In this document: piece by piece, positions 40,001 through 64,000 of the stretch
Layout of the letters: each line of letters opens with the position of its first letter
Numbering within the stretch: the first letter of the stretch is position 1
NCBI GenBank assembly: GCA_903813345.2
Contig: CAIIXF020000001.1
Location: forward strand, 36,456,001-36,520,000
Length of the DNA stretch: 64,000 nt
From: Owenia fusiformis
Lineage: Eukaryota
Direction: 5' to 3'
Made by a program: the position numbers and the translations under genes
Notes under the pieces: model-generated
What the model was told of the DNA's origin: nothing
Database searches by the model: none
The model's input: the letters and a program-made list of their open reading frames with translations, nothing else

Positions 40001-41594
40001 ATTCTCCCGAGGCTGCCTTTGCACATGATATATCCCGGCGTTGTTGGCCGACCCTTTCTACTATTACTGAACCATACAATAATCTTCGTCGACCTTTGAG
40101 TATTTTACATGATTCCCATTTTCCCAATTTAACATGGTATTTCTTTTCATTGTCATTTGGGCTCCAGTTTGGGCAAGAGAACTTGGTGTCTGTACAGTTC
40201 GAGATTTCAGATAATTGTTTACATTTTTGGCCACCATTAGTAGGAGCAACGAAAACATTACGTGTTCTAAATCTGTTAAGAGTAAGGCAGTGGCAATCGC
40301 TCCATCTGCCAAAAGATGTCAGCACACAGTCTTGTGGACAGTTGAGTTGGCAATGTTCAGTCTCTCTTGGTTTAGGAACGAAATAACCACAAACGTAATC
40401 TTCCATGTCTTCAAATTTTCTGTACTTACAAGATACCTTCCGAGATTTCAATCCGACGCATTGATTCCCTCCGGGAAACATGTGACATGGGCTCCACGAC
40501 GACGTTTCCCATGTGACGTTCCCTCTATGGGAGTCACATACTTTAAAACAGGGTCTTTTATGCGAAGGTTTTGGTAAATGATCACAATTCATATCCAAAG
40601 TTGGCCAACCTGTCTTAAATGTACACGTTACCTTGCGTGTTGCATGACCACCTTCGCCACAAGTGTCTCCTCCACACTTGCCCCAGTCACCTAAAGTAAA
40701 AAATAAGAAAGTAAAACTTAACTCAGATACATTTGTGCGTTGGCATCCATAGGCGTAGCCAGGGGGTTCAATGCTTTTTATTTAAAGTTTCTTGCTCACT
40801 TTTTGAAGGAAGTTGCATCAATTTTTGTAAAAATGAAAACAAATCTCTTGTTTATGCCAAAATCGGACCCTCCCTGGCTAAAAACAGAATTGTTTGGCGA
40901 TCGCACCCCCGCCCCCCCCCCCCCCCCCATCAGTAATCAGTAATGGTGCTTGCTTAATCTAACTTGTTTTCCAATGTCCTTTAATATTCATATTTATACC
41001 TCCAATCTTCCTACTGGCCATCATTTTTTCTGCCCCTCCCCCATATTATTTTTTACATCATTAAATATTCAAAATTCAGTCAAAATGGTGTCATATTTGA
41101 AATCTTACATCTAGAAATATTTTGTTTAAAATTGTTTATCAACTTTGAAAATTCTCTTTTTGAAAGTGTGATCCTAGAAGTAAAGTTAGGGCTGGTCAAA
41201 GTAACTGAAATATCAAAATTGTCAGTGGTTTTGACCTGAAACGACGAACCCCTATGTTCTCAGAATATGGTTTTCTTCATCGATATTTTTATAAGTAGAC
41301 TCAAAATACTGGGAATTGAAAAAGCTTTCCAATGATAATTGATATGCCTTCCTATGATTGGTCGTTTCCGAGACCATATGGGGGGTAGATCTCCCCCCCC
41401 CCCTCCCGTCGATGTAATTCTCTATAGCCTAACCGTTTAAGGGTTAAGACCACATATACCGGCATAACATACTAACAATCTAACATACCTTCCTTCCAAA
41501 CATACATGGCATGATCTCTACCCTGATAGCCAATGGCGATCATGATGCAAAAGCAGTTCAGAAAAATAATCCAAGTCCCCCAGCTTCTCTCCAT
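952..41594 (-). CDS. THSD7A: Thrombospondin type-1 domain-containing protein 7A/7B-like (spliced, 23 coding exons, 3'-partial)
   Basis: Exons joined by hand total 4460 nt with a consistent phase at every junction. Signal peptide MERSWGTWIIFLNCFCIMIAIG, repeated WxxWxxC..C..G...R.R TSP1 modules, C-terminal VWCESSNGVKVTGGC..CSPPC..SYC..CTCHEG module and a TM helix are collinear with vertebrate THSD7A/B as I recall them. A versus B cannot be resolved (probably a co-ortholog). Confidence 0.9.
1932..3812. mobile_element. Foldback/multi-hairpin non-autonomous DNA element
   Basis: TIR TAGAGATTATCCTATATGAGGTTCAGGATATTGGGATTATCCC at 1932, inverted at ~3314-3356 and again ending at 3812; TAAA on both outer flanks; internal hairpins at ~2310-2476, ~2498-2602, ~3220-3337. 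Confidence 0.75.
4327..4533 (-). CDS. THSD7A: THSD7-like coding exon 22 (EGF-like juxtamembrane module)
   Basis: GGCLEEEQPAGLKVCSPPCNITGSYCQDVNFCTCHEG...YLVIP. Confidence 0.85.
6179..6373 (-). CDS. THSD7A: THSD7-like coding exon 21
   Basis: EGIQSRSRSIL...WKTGNW...VWCESSNGVKVT-G. Confidence 0.9.
6848..7904 (+). mobile_element. Mariner (DD34D-like) deletion derivative
   Basis: TA + CGAGGGGTGATCCAAAAGTCTTGGACGCCC TIRs with ~200-bp arms; frameshifted transposase C-terminus (..DMALCDF/LFSKLKEGLK../YEKCVQIRGKYVEK*). Confidence 0.85.
9936..10574. mobile_element. Head-to-tail dimer of a 317-bp hairpin-ended element (Crypton-like or Helentron-like, class uncertain)
   Basis: Two near-identical units starting at 9936 and 10253, each with GTATTACAT..ATGTAATAC inverted repeat and a ~115-bp terminal hairpin. 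Confidence 0.75.
11668..12770. mobile_element. Tc1/mariner-type MITE
   Basis: TA-CAGGGTGGTCCAAAAAAAATTGGAACATTTG TIRs with ~160-bp arms; interrupts the right arm of the 8464-13021 element. Confidence 0.85.
13227..13537. mobile_element. Palindromic MITE
   Basis: ~110-bp inverted arms TCCTGTTTAAGAACCCAT.../...ATGGGTTCTAAAACAGGA; a related fragment lies near 63815-63850. Confidence 0.65.
15467..15707. repeat. Tandem repeat, ~109-bp unit, ~2.2 copies
   Basis: GCTTGAAACAAGACTA recurs at ~15467, ~15577, ~15686. Confidence 0.8.
16540..18083 (-). mobile_element. 5'-truncated, decayed non-LTR retrotransposon (CR1/L2/RTE-X-like RT)
   Basis: Frameshifted RT motifs NYRGIT, FIDFRKAFDSI, GVKQGDPMS, YADD, YKYLG; 3' AATAAA (16560-16565) followed by short AATCT-type tail repeats. 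Confidence 0.88.
18196..18295 (-). CDS. THSD7A: THSD7-like coding exon 20
   Basis: ETERCFLPCPGECHLSTWSSWSHCHVICDPDIT. Confidence 0.88.
18787..18888 (-). CDS. THSD7A: THSD7-like coding exon 19
   Basis: NGHCGFGERTRKISCIQRPG...CTEQRPK; donor GTAAGT. Confidence 0.88.
19545..19850. mobile_element. Degenerate fragment of the MITE family seen at 46797-47249 (related pieces at ~14645-14730)
   Basis: Shares GGGGACC.AAACGCCGCTA.AAAACGAGGGACTCT and GACTCA.AATCCTTGATTTTCAAACA blocks. Confidence 0.6.
20079..20224 (-). CDS. THSD7A: THSD7-like coding exon 18
   Basis: GITRRFREVIVSPSGAGTKCP...WTVDTWSSCNIE. Confidence 0.88.
20400..20520 (-). CDS. THSD7A: THSD7-like coding exon 17
   Basis: SIDMLPD...CDIDCVMSQWSFWTPCSKTCNE-G; acceptor chosen to give phase 0. 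Confidence 0.82.
20789..21055 (-). CDS. THSD7A: THSD7-like coding exon 16
   Basis: CTRSGSTHRQRRR...WSSCIL...CGKG...CIRSDG...FCKE. Confidence 0.9.
21851..21995 (-). CDS. THSD7A: THSD7-like coding exon 15
   Basis: CINMETR...LCDP...CEKDCVLSLWSDWSNCKQ. Confidence 0.88.
22344..22465 (-). CDS. THSD7A: THSD7-like coding exon 14
   Basis: LEETRPCELGCINYIWEV...PCGEGKQISSFR. Confidence 0.85.
22665..23321. mobile_element. PIF/Harbinger-like MITE
   Basis: CTATCACACCAAACTAGTTCT / AGAACTGGTTTTTGTGATAG termini with TAA flanks; highly similar inverted copy at 62378-63144. Confidence 0.7.
23502..23680 (-). CDS. THSD7A: THSD7-like coding exon 13
   Basis: YFKEACYVECPTKCSFSHWSSWSDC...GKTCPPVEPDR. Confidence 0.88.
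23722..23940. mobile_element. Small palindromic MITE with duplicated terminus
   Basis: TTGTATTCGCGAATGCA...TGCATTCGCGAATACAA ~90-bp arms, then a partial further copy of the terminus. Confidence 0.7.
24090..24320 (-). CDS. THSD7A: THSD7-like coding exon 12 (followed by probable GC donor)
   Basis: GIKMNRVC...LGNWSSCIL...CGAGIKIQSIVC...HCSKI; the only phase-compatible donor is AG|GCAAAG. Confidence 0.82.
24899..25057. repeat. Long hairpin (probably the end of a non-autonomous element)
   Basis: GGAATAAATAATGATAGGCCATTCAATATGGTGAAATTCAGCAC... and its reverse complement around a CTTCGG loop. Confidence 0.75.
25253..25447 (-). CDS. THSD7A: THSD7-like coding exon 11
   Basis: VTCQTKSG...CPLSEWSQFSHCIEKCGGYKTRTRTAV. 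Confidence 0.9.
25533..27748. mobile_element. 2.2-kb non-autonomous TIR element with subterminal repeats
   Basis: GATCTATATTTTT..AAAAACTGTCATTGGTATACA is inverted at 27714-27748; GATGCAACAACACCA-type motifs are repeated in opposite orientation near both ends. Confidence 0.6.
27931..28134 (-). CDS. THSD7A: THSD7-like coding exon 10
   Basis: GKSIPFQHRER...GGKGCP...YRWVDESWSKC...CGVGIQIR. Confidence 0.88.
28298..28413 (-). CDS. THSD7A: THSD7-like coding exon 9
   Basis: CYKHHGETLEENCKVRCPVNCLTSEFSEWIPCPSGCVY. Confidence 0.88.
28477..29728 (+). mobile_element. Decayed Tc1-like element
   Basis: CAGAGT(G/T)TCCCAAAA.ATTGT termini; 'ESMP' transposase C-terminal remnant near 29416. Confidence 0.5.
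29871..30490. mobile_element. MITE with ~100-bp inverted arms
   Basis: AACAGATTTCGGACAGTCATATGTTGGATT..ATTTAAACAGGTGCATATG inverted at 30387-30490. Confidence 0.7.
31342..31534 (-). CDS. THSD7A: THSD7-like coding exon 8
   Basis: NQKCWNS...WKTSDWTDC...CGKGIRLRNVTC...PDHR; donor GTAAGA. Confidence 0.88.
32138..32321 (-). CDS. THSD7A: THSD7-like coding exon 7
   Basis: NQVNESYC...CKDDCLMSKWSGWTMC...RSRFRSVLAKQ. Confidence 0.88.
32353..33179. mobile_element. Tc1/mariner-type palindromic MITE with internal duplication
   Basis: TA-CA(A)GGGTGTT.AAAAAAACGCAACCCAAAGAAAT TIRs; ~32857-32980 is duplicated at ~33028-33150. Confidence 0.8.
34293..34519 (-). CDS. THSD7A: THSD7-like coding exon 6
   Basis: GHRIRRRTIAIQPSTHGRKCPHLMESSRC...WRKVFCSDHNM. 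Confidence 0.88.
34810..35028 (-). CDS. THSD7A: THSD7-like coding exon 5
   Basis: KSIDCYDK...CHQDCKLHSWGRWSSEC...TIT; phase 1-1. Confidence 0.85.
35213..36040. repeat. Satellite-like array, ~91-bp unit x ~9
   Basis: ATTGGCCATATTCC core at 35263, 35354, 35445, 35536, 35627, 35718, 35808, ~35898, 35993. Confidence 0.92.
36496..37490. mobile_element. Tc1/mariner-derived palindromic element made of two inverted transposase 3' ends
   Basis: TA-(C/T)AGGGTGTCTCAAAAAA TIRs; 'FL.GYLK...DLEQLK..I..EI' remnants on both strands. Confidence 0.8.
37859..38200 (+). pseudogene. tRNA-like (tRNA pseudogene or tRNA-derived SINE head) split by the minisatellite
   Basis: A-box-like TAGCCGAGTGGTCTA upstream of the array and B-box-like GTGGGTTTTGAACC downstream. 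Confidence 0.45.
37891..38172. repeat. Minisatellite, 7 units of 39/41 bp
   Basis: AGCACATCATACAAGATAGACAACACAC(AA)GTGACACTGAA; unit lengths 41,39,39,41,39,39,41. Confidence 0.95.
38246..38367 (-). CDS. THSD7A: THSD7-like coding exon 4
   Basis: YEWLISDWGQC...LCGEGIQYRSVICTEVK; donor GTGAGT. Confidence 0.9.
38622..38906 (-). CDS. THSD7A: THSD7-like coding exon 3
   Basis: YCKTQEKG...PKDCKVSPWSQW...QIPCS; phase 2-2. Confidence 0.88.
38955..39349. mobile_element. TTAA-flanked MITE (Kolobok-like)
   Basis: TTAA-GGT..GGAAA.TAACATTTTGGTAAAAATTGCTATACCTG inverted at the right end, ending ACC-TTAA. Confidence 0.7.
39988..40690 (-). CDS. THSD7A: THSD7-like coding exon 2
   Basis: GDWGKCGGDTCGEGG...CPQDCVLTSFGRWSDC...GESVSIK; matches ORF 39984..40598; AG/GT flanks. 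Confidence 0.92.
41489..41594 (-). CDS. THSD7A: THSD7-like coding exon 1 (signal peptide)
   Basis: ATG 41594; MERSWGTWIIFLNCFCIMIAIGYQGRDHAMYVWKE-G; donor G|GTATGT. Confidence 0.8.
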
Positions 41595-44500
41595 CCTCAA
41601 TTTCGTTCATTCCATGTATTATATCAGCCGATGTCAACCTCCATCCTATATTGGGAATATAAAACTGAAAAGAAGTGTATTGTAAACTGTTATTCTATCT
41701 TCAATTAAACAAGTTGATTTAGATATCATTAATTTCCCGGCATTGCGCTTATTCAGGCCAATTGATCTCAATTTAGCTAATCTTTATTAGCAATTTGCGT
41801 TTCGTAATAAAGATATCCCCGTCGTTGAGAATAAAAATGATCTAGAATTGTGTTCAAATAATCTGCATTCTTTAGAATTCCTAATAGTAAGACGTTGCCT
41901 AGGTGACACAGGTTTTCTGAAAATGTAAAATTGTGTTGAAGTCAAACGATAATATGACGGTAGTAATATACTGGGGAACGGGTGCTATATAATATTGTCA
42001 GAACAATGTGTTTCCATATCTATGTGGGTTATCTTGCAACTAAAAGCTGTCCATTAAGCTCAATATGGTATTGTAATTCGGTTGCACGTTATCGTTGAAA
42101 TGAAGTTTCATACTTACCGGGAAAGAGACCCGAAACGGGATATTAGACGTTTAAAATTGGTGGTACATTTACCTCAAGTATGTATATTGATTATTCTATG
42201 TGACCCTAATTATCAAAACAATAGAGAAAATGGAAAATGTTAGAAAACAAAGCACTTAGTACTCATTTTAACAATACACAAGGAAATAATCGTAATTTTA
42301 CTTACATTTATACTCGTTCGTTGTGCTATTCCCCAATCTGTCTTCGTGCAGGTGTATCATCGTAATTGTCAAGTAAATGTTTCTTTACATCCATTTACAC
42401 AGCACAATAGGAATTTACAGAATATTTTAAGGACAGATAAAGAACACTTTCAAACTATTTAACACTTGTATATCGCAAACTCTACATAAACGTTTTAGGA
42501 CAACCTGTAGACACTTTATAATATCATTATCTTTTGACAGTCGTACTTGCATAGATTTTATGTGTAAAATATTAAGGCAGACAAGTATATTAAGATTTTT
42601 TATAGACTGACAAAAGATTAAATCAGTAACTTATTCTACTTGAGCTTAGAGTGTATTGTCAAGAAAGACAGTGACTCTTTATTGACTATAATATTAGGAT
42701 CTGATATGACATCTATCATAGAACTAGACATAATTGGCAAACAAACTGCGAGGTGCTATTACTTCAGAAATAATATAAATGATAGATGGAGATGCGACTG
42801 TTAGCATTTACAAGCGTTAAAGAATAGAGATGTACTAAGTCTGTATTTATTCCATAGTATGCAGAATATGATACGTCATGGTGAAGCTTATTTATTTCTC
42901 CATAATTTGATATCTAGAGTCATAATCAATCGAAAAACATGACAATTTTTGCCTCTAATTTATGTGAAGTACATTGTGCAAGTAATGGAAAATAGAAATT
43001 TCAATTACACAACCGATGCTTGAATTAAATTGGGGGAGTTTTTGTCTGAATATGTTGAAATTTAAAAGGATTTTAACAGGCTTTTGTTGAAAAAAGTTCT
43101 AGATTTTGCCCATAAATGTTCCAAATAAACGAAATTGGTCAAAAATTGGGATATTTCACTTGTCTTATGATTTTTTTTTTCATTTTCAAAATAATTTATT
43201 TCAGTTTGTCTGAATTCCATTGCTCTTGTAATTGTTTGGCAAAACTTTAAATTCGAGCAAACTGGCAAAAATTAATAAAATGGACCACAATTAAGCAAAG
43301 TTGGTATAATCTAAGCAAATTTGGCAAAATTTAAGCAAATTAGACAGAGATATACTAAATTCCACCAAATTCACCCCTATGCGGCTCCTAAAAAAATTTG
43401 CCTAAAATATTCGAGCCCCCCTCCTGTCAAATTCTGGCTACGCCACTGTTAAACTGCACTGCATTATATCAGCAATAACTCATCCAACGTCATTCGTTGA
43501 ATGGTTGTCAAGGTGACAACTTGACAGATTGAAATTGATTCTTTGCCAACTTGACGCTTGAAAAACGTTTCATTTAGAATATGTTCTTTTAGTGATCTCG
43601 TACCTTTTAGGTGATTTCGTAGAAAATATTTTGCATTGTGTGAAAAGAATTTAAGCCCAAGATTTGAATGCATTCTGCCTGATTCATTCCATTCACGCGT
43701 CATTTCCTAAACATCACACTCGATGCTGGGCATATCGTGCAAAGGTTGAAATAACATCTTTTTGAGGAATGATTCAGTCCACATTACACTGAGTCCAGGG
43801 CTTAAATCCTCAATTATATTATTATGGATTTGTGACTACTAATATACATCATGAATAACTCCTTTCGAACATTCTGGTTTATCAGAGCCTCTCTTTATCT
43901 GATGCTTGTAAATGTTGTGAGAGATCTAAAGGGATATTAAAAACTGAGGATCCAACTGAACAATGCCTGTCTTTGTGTTTACTCGGAGTAATTTTTGCAC
44001 GAACATACAAATTGCAAGATGGACGCGAAATTGTAATTTTCCATTTGGGATGACTCAGTGTTATAACATTGCCCCGGGTCATAAAAATCCACAAAGAATA
44101 CACTTGAAATAGAAATATGAAAATATATTCGATTTTAGTTGCCTGTATAATAACAGACGTTTTACATTTTAGAACCACTCTGACCTTCAATGTATGTTTA
44201 TATCATTATACTGTCATATGGTGATTTTATATTGTAAATATGTTCCTTGATTTGAAACATCGGTAAAACTTCGCGAAAATCGATTGCTTCTATTCACACA
44301 GTTAGCTTACCGACACGATACATGTCGTTAACGTATCATTTACATGTTTCTAAAATGGTGGAACGAAAGTTTATATTGCTTGCTGGATTTGTCCCTTTGT
44401 TTGCGTTGTTAGAGATAATCATTTTCATGTCACCACTATGATATGGTGACATATTATTAGCCGTTGATGTTTTGTCACTGGTGTTTGGGGCTTCTGCGTT

Positions 44501-45474
44501 TGTGATAAATAGTAATTGCAAACAGGTTATATTTGTCATGTTGGTGGAACAGTCCTGTGAAGACTCCTGATAGCCGCTATTTTCAGATTAGTAGCACACA
44601 TCTTTTAGCACCTTAAACCTGACAACACCCTGTTCAACGCCTGGAATGAAAGTGATATAAAACAAGACACCATATATAAAAGATCATTCAAAATACTTCT
44701 CGGCGGAAAAATCACTAGGAATTATTAAGTTGTTCCCAAGAATCAAATTGACCAAGAGAACAAAAAAAGTAAAAATGCACGCTTTTCCGCCATTTTGGAA
44801 AATTGTTTACATGTTACGGAAACAAGATATTGTTTAACGGTTACCTCAATGCGATTTAAGTACTATCAAATCAATGTAAGATTCTTAAAAATCGAAGTAT
44901 TTCATTGTGTAAGTTTGATAAATCAAATACTGTATTCAACATTTACCATTTTTTACTTGTTTGATAGAGTTCCTTTGTTTGATTCACCTGTTCGCTAATA
45001 TTAGGATTTCGTCATTTCTCCAGAGGGATGGGAGGATGAAATTCAAAAATCTTCTGTAGCATCTAATCATTTTTGTCAAATGAATTTTCTACTTCTTGTT
45101 TGTCATGTTATTTAATTTGCCATTAACAAGCTTCACTACCTTACCTCTTTGCAAAATATTTATATTCTAAGACTACGTATTGACTGCAAATGCAGATTTG
45201 ACGTCGTTGCCTTAAATTTCTTCCCTGAAAATTTTACCGTTTGTCTCGTATCAGCGATTTTGTTCAACATTCTCGACCTCCTTGCAATGTTCCTGCCTTA
45301 CATAAAATAGAACAAAATAGAACGGATATGATATTGATATGTCTTTATATTTACCCTTATGATGGACGCAACCAAAACGAGATCGTATCAGATCAATTCG
45401 AACAGGTGATATCTCATCATATCACATCAATGCAGCATTGAACACGGTACGCCACATCAAACAGCCGCACCATC

Positions 45475-62359
<16,885 letters not shown>

Positions 62360-62377
62360 TAATTACATCGAACACTA

Positions 62378-63144
62378 TGGGACCCGTTCTTGCCAGTCCT
62401 ACGAAAACGTCGTAAAACGGGCTCAATCTGGCTGTGGTCGGGAAATATGTCTAAAATAATTAGCTACTTCGTTCATAAACAGTCTTCAATACGTCCATCT
62501 CATTCGCAGTTCGTTCAGGTCGCACCACGTCGGTGTGCAACGTAGTATAACGCGTCCCTTAGTCTAGAAGGTCATCATGACCTGATTACAGAACGGTATG
62601 GTCGCCATCGAATTTTGAATCGATTCAAAATTCTAAATCACATTCCACGTCCGGGAAAGTCCATGAAGTTCGTAAACAGACCGTAGAACGTTGTAGCTAC
62701 GTTCATTCCGTTCGCACACGGTTTAAAACCAGTTTTGAAGAACGCAGTGGCAACTTGCTTGGCGTGATAGCTATATTTTTGCTAACTCGTTGATAAATAC
62801 GTTCTTAATCAGTTTTAACCCGTTTACAATTAGTTCTACCTCGTTCTCAATACGTCCTCAGACAGTTCAACTCGTTGTAAAAACGTAGGATTGAAGTACG
62901 ACGGTTCCGTTCGCAGTACGTCCAGTCGTTAGTAGGTTGTCACTCGTTCTAATTGTAGAACGTGACGACCAAGAGAACATTTTGAGCATGTTCTAAGTTC
63001 TGGAGGACCTACCCGTTCGAGTACGTTCGATGAAGTTTGTAAATAGACCCCAAACGGTTCTAAGTACGTCCAGTTCGTTCGTACACAGTTTAAGCCCGTT
63101 TTCGAGAACGTATATAGTGAGAACTAGTTTGGTGTGATAGTAGG
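62378..63144. mobile_element. Second, rearranged copy of the Harbinger-like MITE
   Basis: Inverted match to 22665-23290 with an extra ~130-bp segment (~62640-62770) ending in a TIR-like GGCGTGATAG. Confidence 0.75.
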
Positions 63145-64000
63145 GTAATATACCCTTTGGTTTTATACATACTAAACATCCCAATCTATTTAACCTCAAA
63201 AAAGAAGACAAACGGCACGTACAAAGTATTCCAGAGAAAAAGTAATGGAGTTTTTGAGGCAAGATAAGTATTTCATGATGATAATGATATCAAAGGATGA
63301 CAGCTCAATGGGGTGGCCATATTACTGATTTTTAGCGGTTTTCCATTAATGGATAAGATTTTAGGGAGTATAATGATATTTCATAACACAAACGATATGT
63401 TACAGCAAATGACCAATAATAGGGAGATTAAGCTTGCAATGTTTTTCACAACCTAAACTTGAACGTAAAATATTTAAGCGATTCATTTGCATGGGCGATT
63501 GGTCATACGTATTGGTTGGCGTTTCGATTTTATACGCAAGCTTAAACTCCCTATTATTAGAAAACATGCCTGAGTAAGTATTGTAAGTTAAAATGAGAAT
63601 TAATTATAATTTGTCCAGTTTTCATTTTGAGAATCTATTTTCTATCATAGTGAGTTGCAGGACCTCATAAATTTCTTTCTCTATTCCAATTTTCAAAATG
63701 ATATATATCCATGGATCGACTGTTTTGGCACATGAACCCATCTTAATAGAATTATAGCTTGAAATCTCTAATTTTAACCTCTAAATTCTTGAAGTTTTAG
63801 ATTAGGGTGTTATGTCCCGTTCAAGAACCCATGTTTTCAATACTTTGAAACACGCAGTTCTTGATTTATTTTTTACTTAAGCCAAATTCTTTAGAGCTTT
63901 GTTAAGTTAAGCGGGGTTAAACAGGGGTCATTTTATGAGAAAAAATAATTTATAAATTCACTGAGATATACTCTTTTTATAGGTAAGTACACACTTGACC

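Noticed and set aside
39988..40577. Plus-strand ORFs of 132 and 120 aa
   Set aside because: Antisense shadows of THSD7 coding exon 2.

Overview
AT-rich, intron-rich eukaryotic DNA. It looks like an invertebrate animal, but the species cannot be determined from sequence alone. Two spliced genes lie head-to-head. (1) Minus strand, 41594->952: a THSD7A/B-like type-I membrane protein. I traced 23 coding exons by hand, all phase-consistent, about 1486 codons: signal peptide, tandem TSP1 repeats, EGF-like module and TM helix. The cytoplasmic-tail exon was not found and probably lies left of the window. One intron appears to be GC-AG. (2) Plus strand, 45475->62294 and continuing past the window: a secreted protein with the order signal peptide - C-type lectin domain - C-type lectin domain - basic linker - RKKR - astacin (M12A) domain, with an intact [12 protein letters not shown] zinc motif. 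All three conserved astacin cysteines that fall in the visible part are replaced, and the linker lacks the FxGD latency motif. This lectin-first, apparently disulfide-depleted astacin is the most unusual item. The introns are packed with non-autonomous DNA transposons (Tc1/mariner derivatives, TTAA- and TAA-flanked MITEs, foldback elements, a 317-bp hairpin element present as a head-to-tail dimer and a distant monomer). They also hold two 5'-truncated LINEs and tandem arrays with higher-order structure, one of them inside a tRNA-like sequence. All gene models are manual and need RNA-seq confirmation.
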